NCBI RefSeq assembly: GCF_000143415.4
Contig: NW_003314283.1
Coordinates: 1,664,330 to 1,728,329, forward strand
Direction of reading: 5' to 3'
Origin: Selaginella moellendorffii
Taxonomy: Eukaryota; Plantae; Lycopodiophyta
Length of the DNA: 64,000 nt
Shown here: positions 13,760-25,103 of the stretch, piece by piece
Layout of the letters: each line of letters starts with the position of its first letter
How positions within the stretch are numbered: position 1 is the first letter of the stretch
Translations under genes and position numbers: made by a program
Notes under the pieces: generated by a model
What the model was told of the DNA's origin: nothing
The model's database searches: none
Seen by the model: the letters and a program-made list of their open reading frames with translations, nothing else

Positions 13760-13995
13760 GCAGATGATAAAGACCTTGAGCTTTTCTCAATCCAGATGGA
13801 GGTTTTTCTTGCATGATATTTATTCATCTCATCAACTTTGGACGCTGGGGCGGTCTCGTCTAAAGGAGCTAGTTATCGAAGACTACTGGAAGAAAGTTCA
13901 CCTAAGACGAGGATACGAGCTACTCTAGACACCTTACGTTCCCAAGGCTGAGCTGTGGAAGACCAGCGGGCATTTGGATCTTTACAAGGAGAACA
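13760..13995 (+). pseudogene. ThrRS catalytic-domain fragment
   Basis: KDLELFSIQ ... [39 protein letters not shown] (class II ThrRS motif-1 region), with an in-frame stop. Confidence 0.85.
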
Positions 13996-14009
13996 GGCCA
14001 AGTCGACGG

Positions 14010-14470
14010 TGATCACGTCTCCTGGCTTCCTCCTTTTGCGTTTGATCTCCGTCTGCCAAGCAATTCCGTAATGATGCGATCCTAAGAAAAACTTACCATC
14101 TCCATCTTTATCTTCTTCAAATCTTTGTCTGGCAGTGGTTCTTTGAGATCGAAGTCGTTCTCGATCCATGGCCCAATTGTAACTTTAGCGTCTGGATAGA
14201 GTGTCTGGACCGCCATAACCATTCCGTGAGCTCACTGAGCAAGTCAAGAACACAAGCTCAAGGCTTGAGAAAACTTCCAAAAAGATCTTACACTACAGTT
14301 CCTCGTATGACTCATTGAATTTTGTGCGGTGATGCGATGCGGCGATATTTCCGTCTCGGATTCTGCTGCTACAGACGACGCAAACGCCCGATGACGGGCG
14401 CAAGGCGCGACATAGAGATTCGTTTAAAACATGGTAGCCTAAATTCTCGAGTATATACTTCCTTTAAAGA
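14010..14470 (-). pseudogene. Second, condensed copy of the ThrRS 5' region (paralogous to 9630-10690)
   Basis: Shared blocks ggcccaattgtaactttagcgtctggata, gcggcgatatttccgtctcggattctgc and cttcctttaaa. Confidence 0.85.
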
Positions 14471-14770
14471 TCCATCAATATTGCACGAGAATGCGTTTGA
14501 TCACACAGATGCCAATTAGCACGGGAAATTAAATCCTGCATAGTTTGTCTGATCGTTGAGCTTGGCAAAATCAACCTCGAGAACATTGGGGATCCTCTCA
14601 GAGAGATGCTCTAAGTGCTAGGGCTGGGGTGCCTCTTCCATCCTCGCCATTCTCGCTTTCTCTGCTGGCATTTTATACCTGAAGATCTTCACTTGATCCC
14701 GCAAGGTCTTCACTGCTCTCCGCATTTCCGTAGGGATCTCCTTCCACCCTGAATCTGATCTCTGACCACG

Positions 14771-16049
14771 TCATTTTCGCCCACAACCAACACAGCATGC
14801 TAAAAACCCGAAAATTGTGTAGAACATTCCGGCATATTTGCTCTCAGGGCGAATTTCATCGTCACGTGGGATGACATGTGGATTGTAAGAGTGTTCCACG
14901 AGTGTCATGAGCGATGGGTGATAAAGCAGTCCCTTGCCTGATTCATATGTGCGCCCGCCCACTCCACCCCAACGCTTTGTGTCCAGGTCGTAAACGAACA
15001 CTTTTCCTTCCGAAAAGATGACGAGATTGTCCTCTGCATGAATATAACAACGACAAAAATTTCGAGACTGCCCAGGATACACTTGATCGAGCAGGGCTTT
15101 ACAGAGCACTGCTGAGACTATAACCAAACCGCCATTGTCATCAACCTTCCACACACCATAGCCATCAGCTCTGCAGTACCCTACCTTGTAGTAGTCTCCC
15201 TCATGCACATAAATCCAGGCGCTTGCAAAGTAGCGCTGGCCATTGTACTCCCACAGCATTGTCGTGCACCAACCGGGATGTGGCAATACGCAGCGCAGAA
15301 ACTCTCCACTTTGTTCAACCCCTTCCAGGCCCGTTGTAATCCTCAGGCTGCGCACGACTTCCCCTGTGATCCACTTGGTGCGGCGAAAGTCATACAATCC
15401 CAGGATACTAAGGTCGTAGAAGTCTGGGAATACAGACCGATCATCAAACCAGTGACGCTCCTCCCTCTGTGAGAACGGGAGGTTGGGGAGAGAAGACCAG
15501 ACGTGTGTTGCCGAGTCGTAGATGTAGCACCAGTGGCCTGAGTCGTAGCTGATGAAGTGCGCGCCGACTTTGAAGTCATCTTTGTCAACAAACATGGCAA
15601 AGTCCTCCGCAAAAGAAATCTCCTCAATATGGAGCGTTGGTAGTTCGCTCCACTCTTGGGTCACTGGATTGCCCACCACCAGGGTAAACACATGCAGATG
15701 GACGAAGAAATGATCCATGACGATGCATACCAGGCCACCTGCGGAAGCAACGACTTTCTCGGTCAGTGGAGGCAACGCAAACTCCACACTGTGGTTAGAC
15801 CGTGATGGATCCCAGGCGAAAAAGTGTTCGTCGTCGCTGACAGAGGTACTTAACCCACAATGATTCTTGCTCGCCACTGTTTTGACACCACTTGTGGCGA
15901 AAGGATGGATTGTTGATGATGGATTTCCATGACTTGCAGACTGCGGAGCACCGACGCAGTGTGGTCAGTTCCACAAAGCTGAGAACGAGCTCCACAATGT
16001 CGTCTTGCATCCACAAAGGCGCTTCTTCCATCTGCGTCATCAAAGGCAT
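14771..16049 (-). pseudogene. F-box protein with a propeller-like C-terminal region, frameshifted tandem paralogue
   Basis: The F-box (DDIVELVLSFVELTTLRRCSAVCKSWKSII) lies in ORF 15795-16049 and the rest in ORF 14771-15877. A 2-nt deletion near 15850 relative to the paralogue (ggtacttaacccac vs ggtattcataacccac) shifts the frame. Confidence 0.85.
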
Positions 16050-16184
16050 TGACCTTAAAAAGGATTTTGCAATTTCCCTTTTATGTGTTATAGGTAAATG
16101 TGTATTACGCCTACAAAATGGTAAATGTTCATTCCAGAAAATATGTTTTCTCCGTTCAAAATTTTCCAGGATTAAGCTGCCAAA

Positions 16185-16330
16185 CGTGCAAGCTTAGCAT
16201 CAGAGCAAACTTGAATCTCCCTTCGACGTCAGATATATCCTTAACGTCACCGGAGTGCAAGAAAACTTAGAATTCCCTGCCAGTACGAGCTCAGCAAAAC
16301 GAACAACATGTACCTTAGACATCACACGAC
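16185..16330 (-). pseudogene. Third condensed NOMO fragment (source ~21465-21720), lying between the F-box copies
   Basis: caaacgtgcaagctt, caaacttgaatctcccttcgacgtc, atccttaacgtcac.ggagtgcaagaaaactt and catgtaccttagacatcacacgac occur in order with the intervening sequence deleted. Confidence 0.85.
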
Positions 16331-16433
16331 GAAGATCTTCGCTTGATCAGGAGAAGCCGTCTTCTCCTTATTGCACTGCTCTAGCATTTGTCTATAAGGA
16401 TCTGGCTCCACCTGAACCTGATCTCTGACCACG

Positions 16434-17795
16434 TCATTTTCGCTGGTACTTGGCGCCACTACCAACACAGCATGCCAAAAACCCGAAAATTCTATAGAAC
16501 CATGTTCTCTCAGGGCGAATTTCAGTATCTCTTGGGATGACATGTGGAATAAAAGATTGTTCCACGAGTGTCGTGAGCGATGGGCGATAAAGCAGTCCCT
16601 TGCCTGATTCATATGTGCGCCCGCCCACTCCACCCCAAAGCTCTGTGTCCAGGTCGTAAGCAAACACTTTCCCTTCCGAAAAGATGACGAGATTGTCCTC
16701 TGCATGGATATAACAATGAGAAAAATTTCGAGACTGTCCAGGATACACTTGATTGAGCAGGGCTTTACAGTGCACTGCCGAGACTGTAACCAAGCCACCG
16801 TTGTCATCAACCTTCCATATGCCATAGCCATCAGCTCCACAGCACCGTAGTTCGTGGTGGCCCCCCGCATAGACCCAGGCGCTTGCAAAGTAGTGCTGGC
16901 CATTGTATTCCCACAGCCTTGTCACGCACGAACGGGGGCGCGGCAAAACGCAGCGCAGGATCTCTCCACCACTGTCTTCCAGGCCCGTTGTAATCCTCAG
17001 GCTGCGCACGACTTCCCCTGTGATCCACTTGGTGCGGTGAAAGTCATACAAGCCCAGGATACTGAGGTCGTAGAAATTGTCGTCCATGTCTGGGAATACA
17101 GCCCGAGGTTCAAACTGACGCCGCAGCTCCCTCCCCCTGAGGTAGGCTGGCGAGAACGGGAGGTTGGAAAGAGAAGACCAGGCGCGTGTTGTCGAGTCGT
17201 AGATGCAGCACCAGTGGCCCGAGCCGTAGGTGGTGAAGTGCACGCCAACTTTGAAACAATGTTTATCGACAAACATGGCAAAGTCGTCCTCCGCAAAAAC
17301 AATTTCCTCTCTATGGAGCGGTGGTAGTTCGCTCCACTCTTGGGTCACTGGGTTGCCCACCACCAGGTTAAGCACACCCAGATGTTGCTCGGGGGGATCG
17401 CTCACGATGCATATCAGGCCGCCTGCGGACGCAACGACTTCTTCGGTCAGTGGAGGCAATGCAAACTCCACACTGTGGTTCGGACGTGATGGATCCCAGG
17501 CGAAAAAGTGGTCGCTGTTGGTGACAGAGGTATTCATAACCCACAATGATTCTTGGTCGCCACCGTTTTGGCACCAACGGCGGCGAAAGGATGGATTGCT
17601 GATGATGGACTTCCATGACTTGCAAACGGCAGAGCACCGACGCAGTGTGGCCAGCTCCACAAAGCTGAGAACCAGCTCCACAATGTCATCTTGCACCCAC
17701 ACAGGCGCTTCTTCTCTCTGCGTCATCAAAGGCAATCTAGCACACAAAAGGATTTCTCTAGACCTGCCACCTTTTTTAAGAATACCTCCGAGCAT
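16434..17795 (-). CDS. F-box protein, intronless (the start may be the ATG at 17726)
   Basis: 453-aa ORF with an F-box motif followed by VVASAGGLICI..LVVGNPVTQEWSELPPL, typical of plant F-box/kelch-like proteins. Confidence 0.88.
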   Translation of the reverse strand: MLGGILKKGGRSREILLCARLPLMTQREEAPVWVQDDIVELVLSFVELATLRRCSAVCKSWKSIISNPSFRRRWCQNGGDQESLWVMNTSVTNSDHFFAWDPSRPNHSVEFALPPLTEEVVASAGGLICIVSDPPEQHLGVLNLVVGNPVTQEWSELPPLHREEIVFAEDDFAMFVDKHCFKVGVHFTTYGSGHWCCIYDSTTRAWSSLSNLPFSPAYLRGRELRRQFEPRAVFPDMDDNFYDLSILGLYDFHRTKWITGEVVRSLRITTGLEDSGGEILRCVLPRPRSCVTRLWEYNGQHYFASAWVYAGGHHELRCCGADGYGIWKVDDNGGLVTVSAVHCKALLNQVYPGQSRNFSHCYIHAEDNLVIFSEGKVFAYDLDTELWGGVGGRTYESGKGLLYRPSLTTLVEQSFIPHVIPRDTEIRPERTWFYRIFGFLACCVGSGAKYQRK

Positions 17796-17825
17796 ATTCT
17801 GTTTTTAAAAATTCCAGTTAGCGTT

Positions 17826-20800
17826 TTAGTTTCTTTTTCTTTGGCTTGTTCGTCGCAAGTCTTTGGCGAGAAGTCGTTGGTATCCATCTTTCAGGCTGTA
17901 GAAACACGAATGGAAATCACTGGAACAATGTGTTTGATCGGCTTCGCTTACCTTGGCATTGCAGTGAAGAGACCAATCACACAGACGCCAATGAGCACGG
18001 GAAGTACTGGAGGAGCATTTAAATCCTGGACCGCAATCACACTTGTCACGAGAGAGACGAAAATGTTTAGTTTCCCGTCTCACCTGCTTGTGATGGTATT
18101 CCTCCGCATAAAACTTGACGGAGTTTAAGAATATATCGTTGCGCTTGGCAAAATCAACCTCGAGAACATCCGAGTGAAACTTGTGCGTCTGCACGACCAT
18201 CTTGGAAACAAGCCGCAACCTGTACTTTCCCCTCGGAAGACCTTGAATCTCAAAGAAGCTGGAAAGCGGCAAAGGTACCTCCCTTTCAATCTTCGCTGGT
18301 TCTGAGATGCTGGCCACCTCCACCGATATGTGCGGTTGCCATTTCTCAAGATCACTTCCCTCGACGAGGCCAGAGAGCACAGTCGCCAAGCTGTGCTCAA
18401 AAGCCACGAAGTTGATTGAGCTGGTGTCCTTGGTGGAGATCTAAGGAGTAGACAATGGAGCTTACTTTTGGAAGAATCTCACGAAAAGGTTTTCGTACCT
18501 CTACTGGATAAACGCTTGGAGACGCACGTTCAAGTCTGGGAGGACCGTCTACTTCCTCTTTCACGACCACCTTGACGTTATACGTTGTATTGGGCACAAG
18601 TCCTCTTAGTCGGTATTTTCCATCAGCATCGGTTGCGGTTTCTTCATAATAAAGACCAGAGACCGAACGTGCCTCCACAGTGACGCCTTCTTCTGGTTTC
18701 CCAGTTAGGGAGGAGACTCTTCCATAAATGCTAGAGTAGAAACAAAATCGTCACCGAAGGAGTTCACATGAAAAGTTCGACATCAATTAACCTGTAAGCA
18801 GTTCTCCGGGCAATAAAGGTTGTCTCTAAAGTTGCACCAGACAAGAGTTCCAAGGCTTGAGCAGGCGGACTAAAACTATACTCCTGTAAAGATGTAGGAT
18901 TCATTCACGAGATAGCACCAGAAGGACGAGTACCTTAAGCAGAGGTCGCAGGTAAAAACTGCCAGGAAACATGCCGTCGAAAGCAAACTTGCCTCCCGGC
19001 GGCGCGACAGCGTTCTTCCTGTATCCATCGTCTCCGCTCAGCGAAAGAAGAACGGACGGAAGAATCTCCTCAGCGCCGTCCCCAGCAATGATGTTTACGA
19101 GGATCTGAGCAAGCTTCTGGCATTGAAAAGAGTTCTTTCCAAAGGGCTTGAAGTGGTATCCTTGCTGAGAGAGACACATATCAATAATCACAGGCTCTGA
19201 AATAATCCAGGACGAACCTTGTCCGCATGAACCATGTACTGGGTGTCGTCATAAAGAGGACCAGCTGCGAAAACGCCATCGTCTCCTGTTAGTACTTTCA
19301 TAGCCACTTCTCCTGCTTTTAAACGGCCGATTTTGCTTTCTTTTTCTGCAGTTATCACAATGTTCACTGCCTCCAGTGCAGGAACAATGCTCCCGGTTAC
19401 GTACACAGCCGGTCGTCCAGCAAAACTAGGTACTTGCGGTTGACAGCCATCCACAGCCACAGTGGCCTGATTATACAAATTAAAAGCTTACGATCAACAC
19501 AACTGAAAATAAAACGTGGCTTACGTTTTGCTCTCGAGGATAGAATAGAAGAATTTGCTCCGATTGATTTTGGTCTCTGTTTCATACGCAGGAATATTAG
19601 CATTCGAAGTTTGGAAGACGCATACCTGGCATATCGTGGGACGAAACTAAGAGCATCCCCGAGACGGGCCCAATAGACATACTCATAGACTGCAATGGGA
19701 CTTGTTTCGTTGGCTTCAGAGAAAAGGTGAGCGTGGATATTGGCAATAGGCTTCCCGTCTTTAGCGTTCCAAACCTCGACCAGCAACTTCTGTTCCAGTT
19801 TGTTTGCTCCAGGACATAAGGGAGAGTATACGTCAATGTGTCCGCTCAAAAGATATTTCTCGGCAACCAAATTGATACGCTGCAAGACAGAGATGAAACT
19901 CAAAGCCTTAGACACTCCCAACTGCGCGACATACCCTTGGATTGGATGTGTCAAATGAGAAAATGGGAGCACCAAAAGAAACACAAGCCCAGAGAAAGTG
20001 CAATTCGTGTATTCCAGGACTTTCTACGCATACTTTCTGCCACCCGCTCTGCAAGAAACAAGAAGATGATCACAAAGACAATAAAAAAGGCACCGACCGT
20101 GATTTCCAAGGGAACCGGGTCTTTGTTGTCGTGAACAATAAACGCTTTGGTTGGATGAGTAGCCTTGATGCGAAGCCAGTATCCTTTTTGAACAAGTACG
20201 ATGTCTTCGATATCGCTAGAAGTGACATCCACACTGACTACCTTTTGTTCCCAGCACCATTCATCGTCTCCAAGTCCCCCTTCTTTGGTCACCTGGAAAA
20301 GAAAATTACGAATGCTTCAAACCATGTTAAACCGGCATTACTTACTTCGAGCTTATATTGTCCCGGAAGAACATTCTCAAATTTGAAATGGTTCTGGGTA
20401 TCAGTCAGTTGAAATACTATTTTGTCGCCTCCCTGAGTATCGACGAGCACAATGGATATCCCAGGGCTGCATTGGGATTTGCACTTCACGTGTCCAGAGA
20501 TACTGACTTGAGCCTAAACATTGCCTTTAGAGTTTCTGCGATACAAAGGAAAGCCTATACCTGTAAGAAGACAATATCAAATACTGGCGCAGAAACGACA
20601 ACATCCAAGTGCTGTGGAGAAAATAATAGTCCTGTTTTCTGCTCAGCAGCGGTAGCAATGGGCGAAAGACGATATTCACCAGGCGGGACCTGTGGAGAAC
20701 AAAATAGTTAGCCATCCAGGCTGGACAACCCGAACCTCAAAGCAGAAGTTTCCATCTTCATCAACACGCTTGGTCTGAGGCTTCACGTCAGAGGGTCCAT

Positions 20801-22770
20801 GAGTCAGAGCGACTTGCCGCTGCAAATACCACCGTCAAGATAAAAAAGTAAGAATCAAACTAATCTCACTCTTCCGTATTGGCCAGCAACACGAACTGAG
20901 CCGCAAAGTTGATACTGTGATGCCTGAATACTGGGAATCGCCGCCATGTTGGGTAAAACCTGCCCGTCAAAAGAAGAAAAGACAATCAGTTGTCTTCCGA
21001 ATTATGAGAACTCAAATGTGTACCATAAAATCCTTCAGTGACGTAAACTGGTAGTGCTCTTTTGCGGCTGTGATGTTGTACCTAGTTGAAGTTACCTGTT
21101 TGGATGACAAGAGAAGTCATAAGACTTCAAAGATTATTCAATCATACTTGATCAAGCTTGTAGAAACCATTTGCATCAGTAATAGCCCGCTCCACGCTGT
21201 CAATATATATTTTGACTTTTGCGATGCCATGCCCATTGCTGTCAATAACTCGTCCGCCAACAGAAAATCCCGTAACCTGTAAGTTTCAGCGAGGTGAGAA
21301 ATTCTGGTTGCTCTGTCTAGTACCTGAAAACCTTCTTCAACCAAAATTGACTGATGAGCGACTGATATATCAAGAGCAGCAGGAGAAACACCAAAGATTG
21401 TGTTTTCTCCCTTGTAGAATGGCACAAGATTGTACGAGCCTGTTCCATGTTTTCTAGAATTAACCTGTCAAACGTGCAAGCTTGGCATACCACAAGGAAC
21501 GTGCGCAAACTTGAATCTCCCTTCGACGTCGGATGTAGCATGGCAAAGCGCTTGCTCAGACAACGGAGATCTACCAGGCCCTTGAGGACATTCCATATCC
21601 TTAACGTCACTGGAGTGCAAGAAAACTTGCACACCCAAAACCGGAATTCCCTGCCAGGACGAGATGAGCAGAACGAACAGTGACCAAGACATTATCATGT
21701 ACCTTAGACATCACACGACCTTCAACGTCGTAGCCAGGGATCATAAAAATATTGTCCACCTCTCCCATGCCCCATCCGAGTTGAACCTGACGAAGTTTAA
21801 GAAAAACAATAACGCATGACAGCTGATCGAAATGAGCTTACTTCGTTTGATCCAATCACGTTGATATCAAGACGGGGATGGTGTGCTTCTAGTCTGTAAG
21901 TGCCTGTAACACAAAAACGTTTTTGAAACGGAAACAGAGGTTGGATCATACCTATCAAAAGGTTGTTAAACTCGTAGGCACCACCGATTCCTGTCGTCAC
22001 CGAGTGATTGCTGGGAGAATCACCAGGTCCAATCACAGACACTGTTACTCCAGCAGGACCAGCCCCATTTTCCTTGCAGCTTGGACCCCCAGCTCCCACA
22101 ACTTTACCAGCAAGCGTGAAGCTAGAAAACAGAGTTTAAGAAGAATATGATTTGTGAAGTATAGCTACCCAGTATAGTGGAAATTTATGTCCGCATTTCC
22201 GTTGCAACCATGCTGATCAACAAGAACTGGCACCTGAACACAAAAACGCGATCCTGAGTTATGAAGAAAAGAAAAAAAAAAAAAAAAAAACGGGAGAGAA
22301 AACCTGTGAGGGAGTAAATGACCATCCAGTAGGGCCTTGAACCTTAAGAAGGTACGAGCCCTGCGAAAGAACGCTGGTCAATCCTTTTTTCCTTCTGGTG
22401 TGGATGTACCTTCTCGTAGATTGGAAGGAAGTAGTAGCCATTTGGAGCACACTGAGTCTGATCTTTGACGAGTCCTTCTAGTGTGTGAAGCTTAAGCTGC
22501 ATTGGATTGGAAGCTCTGTCACGAATTTGGAAGCAAAGGAAGCTTGCGTGCTCACGGTTATGTGCGAATAGTCGAGCTTGGGATCTGACGCTTTGCGCAA
22601 TCTTGCCAATGCGGGACTTGCCTGTAGGTAGATCGTGAATGGAGATCACAGAGAAATGCGCGACATACCTCGACGAATCCACCACAGCCAACAATGTCGT
22701 CGGTAGCAGCTGCCAGATGGATGAGCGCAGGCACGAGCAGGAGGAGCGCCTCGATCGCGAGGAGCGCCAT
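17826..22770 (-). CDS. Nodal modulator 1 (NOMO/pM5-like) ER membrane protein, multi-exon
   Basis: Signal peptide followed by DDIVGCGGFVE, TLEGLVKDQTQCAPNGYYFLPIYEK, WCWEQK, YEETATDADGKYRLRGLVPNTTY, a C-terminal TM PVLIGVCVIGLFTAMP and a basic tail; many short introns. Confidence 0.92.
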
Positions 22771-25004
22771 CGCCCGGAGTTTAGGGCTCAAGAAGGGCTT
22801 TTAGCCGCTTATTAAGATTCCACCATTTAGTATTTAATTCATGCTACGGGAGAGTAAAGAACAAGGGAGCTGCATTTCTGGGAATGGGAATGTTGGTGCT
22901 TTTAGCTTGCACCACAACAGTGATGGTTATTTCAAATTTCTCTCTGGTCATGCTCGAACAGTGGAGATTTTCTAGCAACATGCAAGGGGGCTTTATATCA
23001 CCAGCATGAAGAAAATGGACCAAATTACCCTCACACCAAAGACGTATTTAGGCCGAGCTTTCTCACGCTCTAATATATTATATCTGTAGGTATCAAGAGG
23101 TTAAAGATCAACACCTGTATCGCCAACAAATTTGGTGCCTTAATTCCTCAAAATCTTTTACGGCATATTCTTCTGCTGACCAAAACGATATATGAATGAA
23201 CTAGAACTTGCTCTTTGAGTTAGAGGCAAGGAGGACATGCTTCGAGCTTCTGGGAGCAAAACCGCAGCATGATCCACAGGAGAGGGCACAGGGCTCTGGA
23301 ACCTGGACACGAGAATCTCGGGTATAAACATCATTAAGCTGCATAGGAATCTAAGGTAGAGGATAGAAGGTGGGCAGGCCGCATTCAAATACTCTTAGTG
23401 TGGAGCTCTTCTAGCATGTCCATGAATGCCAAGCCATGAAAGGCCGTTAGGCCAGCATGTATATCCTTGAAATATTCATAGAGAACCATTCAGCCGAAAC
23501 CAGCCAAAAGTGCACGAAAACCATTTGGCTAGCCGAATGGTTTTTAGAGCACCTGCTAATCGAGCAGGTTCGTTGTTCTTCGTGTTCTTTAGGTCTCTAT
23601 TCATGTCTCGTAGTTTTTCACCTCGAAATCTTACCTTAAGGTTATAAATCCTAATGACTGTGTCTCTAACCAACTTGGTGAGCTCCAATCTTTGTTCTCC
23701 AAGTGTCTAGGCAATACATATTACCATACACTAACGGTTGAGATTGGAATTACAAATGGGAAGCTCCACTCGCAATAAGGAGATCGCGAGGGGATGACGG
23801 TGTGGCTGTGAAACGGGAGCGGCATCCAGATTGAGATTGGAGTTGGGGGCCTGGCTATGGCATTGCTGGGCCCTGTTCACGGTCGATAACATTTTTGACT
23901 CTCCTCCCTCTTTCATCGCTCTCTTGTGATTTTTCATCTGTACTTCTCTTCTTGATTCCACCTCCAAAAGCATGATCTGGGGAGTTCTCGTCCATTAATT
24001 ACTCGCTTTCTTGACCATGCTTTTCTGAAAAAAAGATACAACTTTAAAGAGTTGTTTCGTTCCAAGCAAGCTCATAACTGGCTATACCCACTCACCTCCT
24101 GAAATGCAAGGTTCACCCTGCACGCGCCCTGGCCTGGAACGTCGTGTCCCACTTCTGGATTAGCCGCTCGAGTCACTACTCCCCATGTCGTTTCCCTCGG
24201 GGCCCTCCGGTTCTGTGTTCCGGTGCTTGTCTTGCATTGGCGCTGCTCCCTTGGGCACCTTCTCGTCAAAGTTTTCGAGATCCAAGCTGCTGCCTCGTGT
24301 CTTGTGGGCTTCGATTCCCTTCTCCGGCTGCGTGGTTGGCCGTTGCTCGGGGCTGCTTGGGCTCCCCTTTCCTCAGCCATCACCTTGAGGCTGCTAATCT
24401 GGGCCTTCACTGTCTCCTCTTCCTCAACCGCAAACTCGCATCCCATGATGTTGGTCCCCTCTCTGAGTTCCCAAGAGCATCCCGTCTCTGGCTCCTGCGT
24501 CTCCTATGGAAGTCGTGGGCCTGACTACTGGAATCCCAAACGCCTCTCCCTTTGCCAAGATGTCCTCGTTTGAGTTCCCTACCAACTACCTGTCGGCGAG
24601 GTTGGCCAGCAACTGCCGAGTGTGTTGGGCTCGGACCATCGCATTAGGGCCTTTTTAGGTGGACTACCTCAATGTCCCAGGGATTAGTACAAAAATTGGG
24701 CCTAATGGAACTACCCTTGTCTAAAGCAAATTTAAGCGGCTGCAGTTGTTCCTCCATACCAAATCCAGATTCGTGTGGATCTCAAGATCAACTATTGGGG
24801 GTGCAACTCCTTCTCCCCCCCACCAAAACATGGTAACCATGCTTTCTACCACTCCTCCAGCCTAATTGGTTTCCACTTGTCCTTGATGGCATGGTGAAGT
24901 TGTACTGCTGCCAGTGTGAGCTTCCATCACTTTGCCATCACTATAGATACTCTGGCTTGGATCCTGTTAAAGTGAGTGCAGTTGTGTATTTCCCACCCTT
25001 CTCA

Positions 25005-25090
25005 CTTACCAACCACAAGAATATTCTGAGAATATTCCATGGCCTGTGGGATTGGAGGTTGGCATACAATTCACTCTTTTATTCGTTTCA
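25005..25090 (+). repeat. 3' end of the truncated 5' LTR
   Basis: aaccacaagaatattctgagaatattccatggcctgtgggatt...gtttca matches 28289-28393. Confidence 0.75.
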
Positions 25091-25091
25091 T

Positions 25092-25103
25092 TGGTATCGG
25101 AGT
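25092..25103 (+). promoter_or_regulatory. Primer-binding site (tRNA-iMet type)
   Basis: TGGTATCGGAGT immediately after the LTR-terminal CA; canonical form is TGGTATCAGAGC. Confidence 0.8.

Noticed and set aside
23150-24900. Several short ORFs; GSDH-like motif near 24630 hinting at a LINE endonuclease
   Set aside because: A single short motif with no supporting RT or endonuclease blocks; left unclassified.
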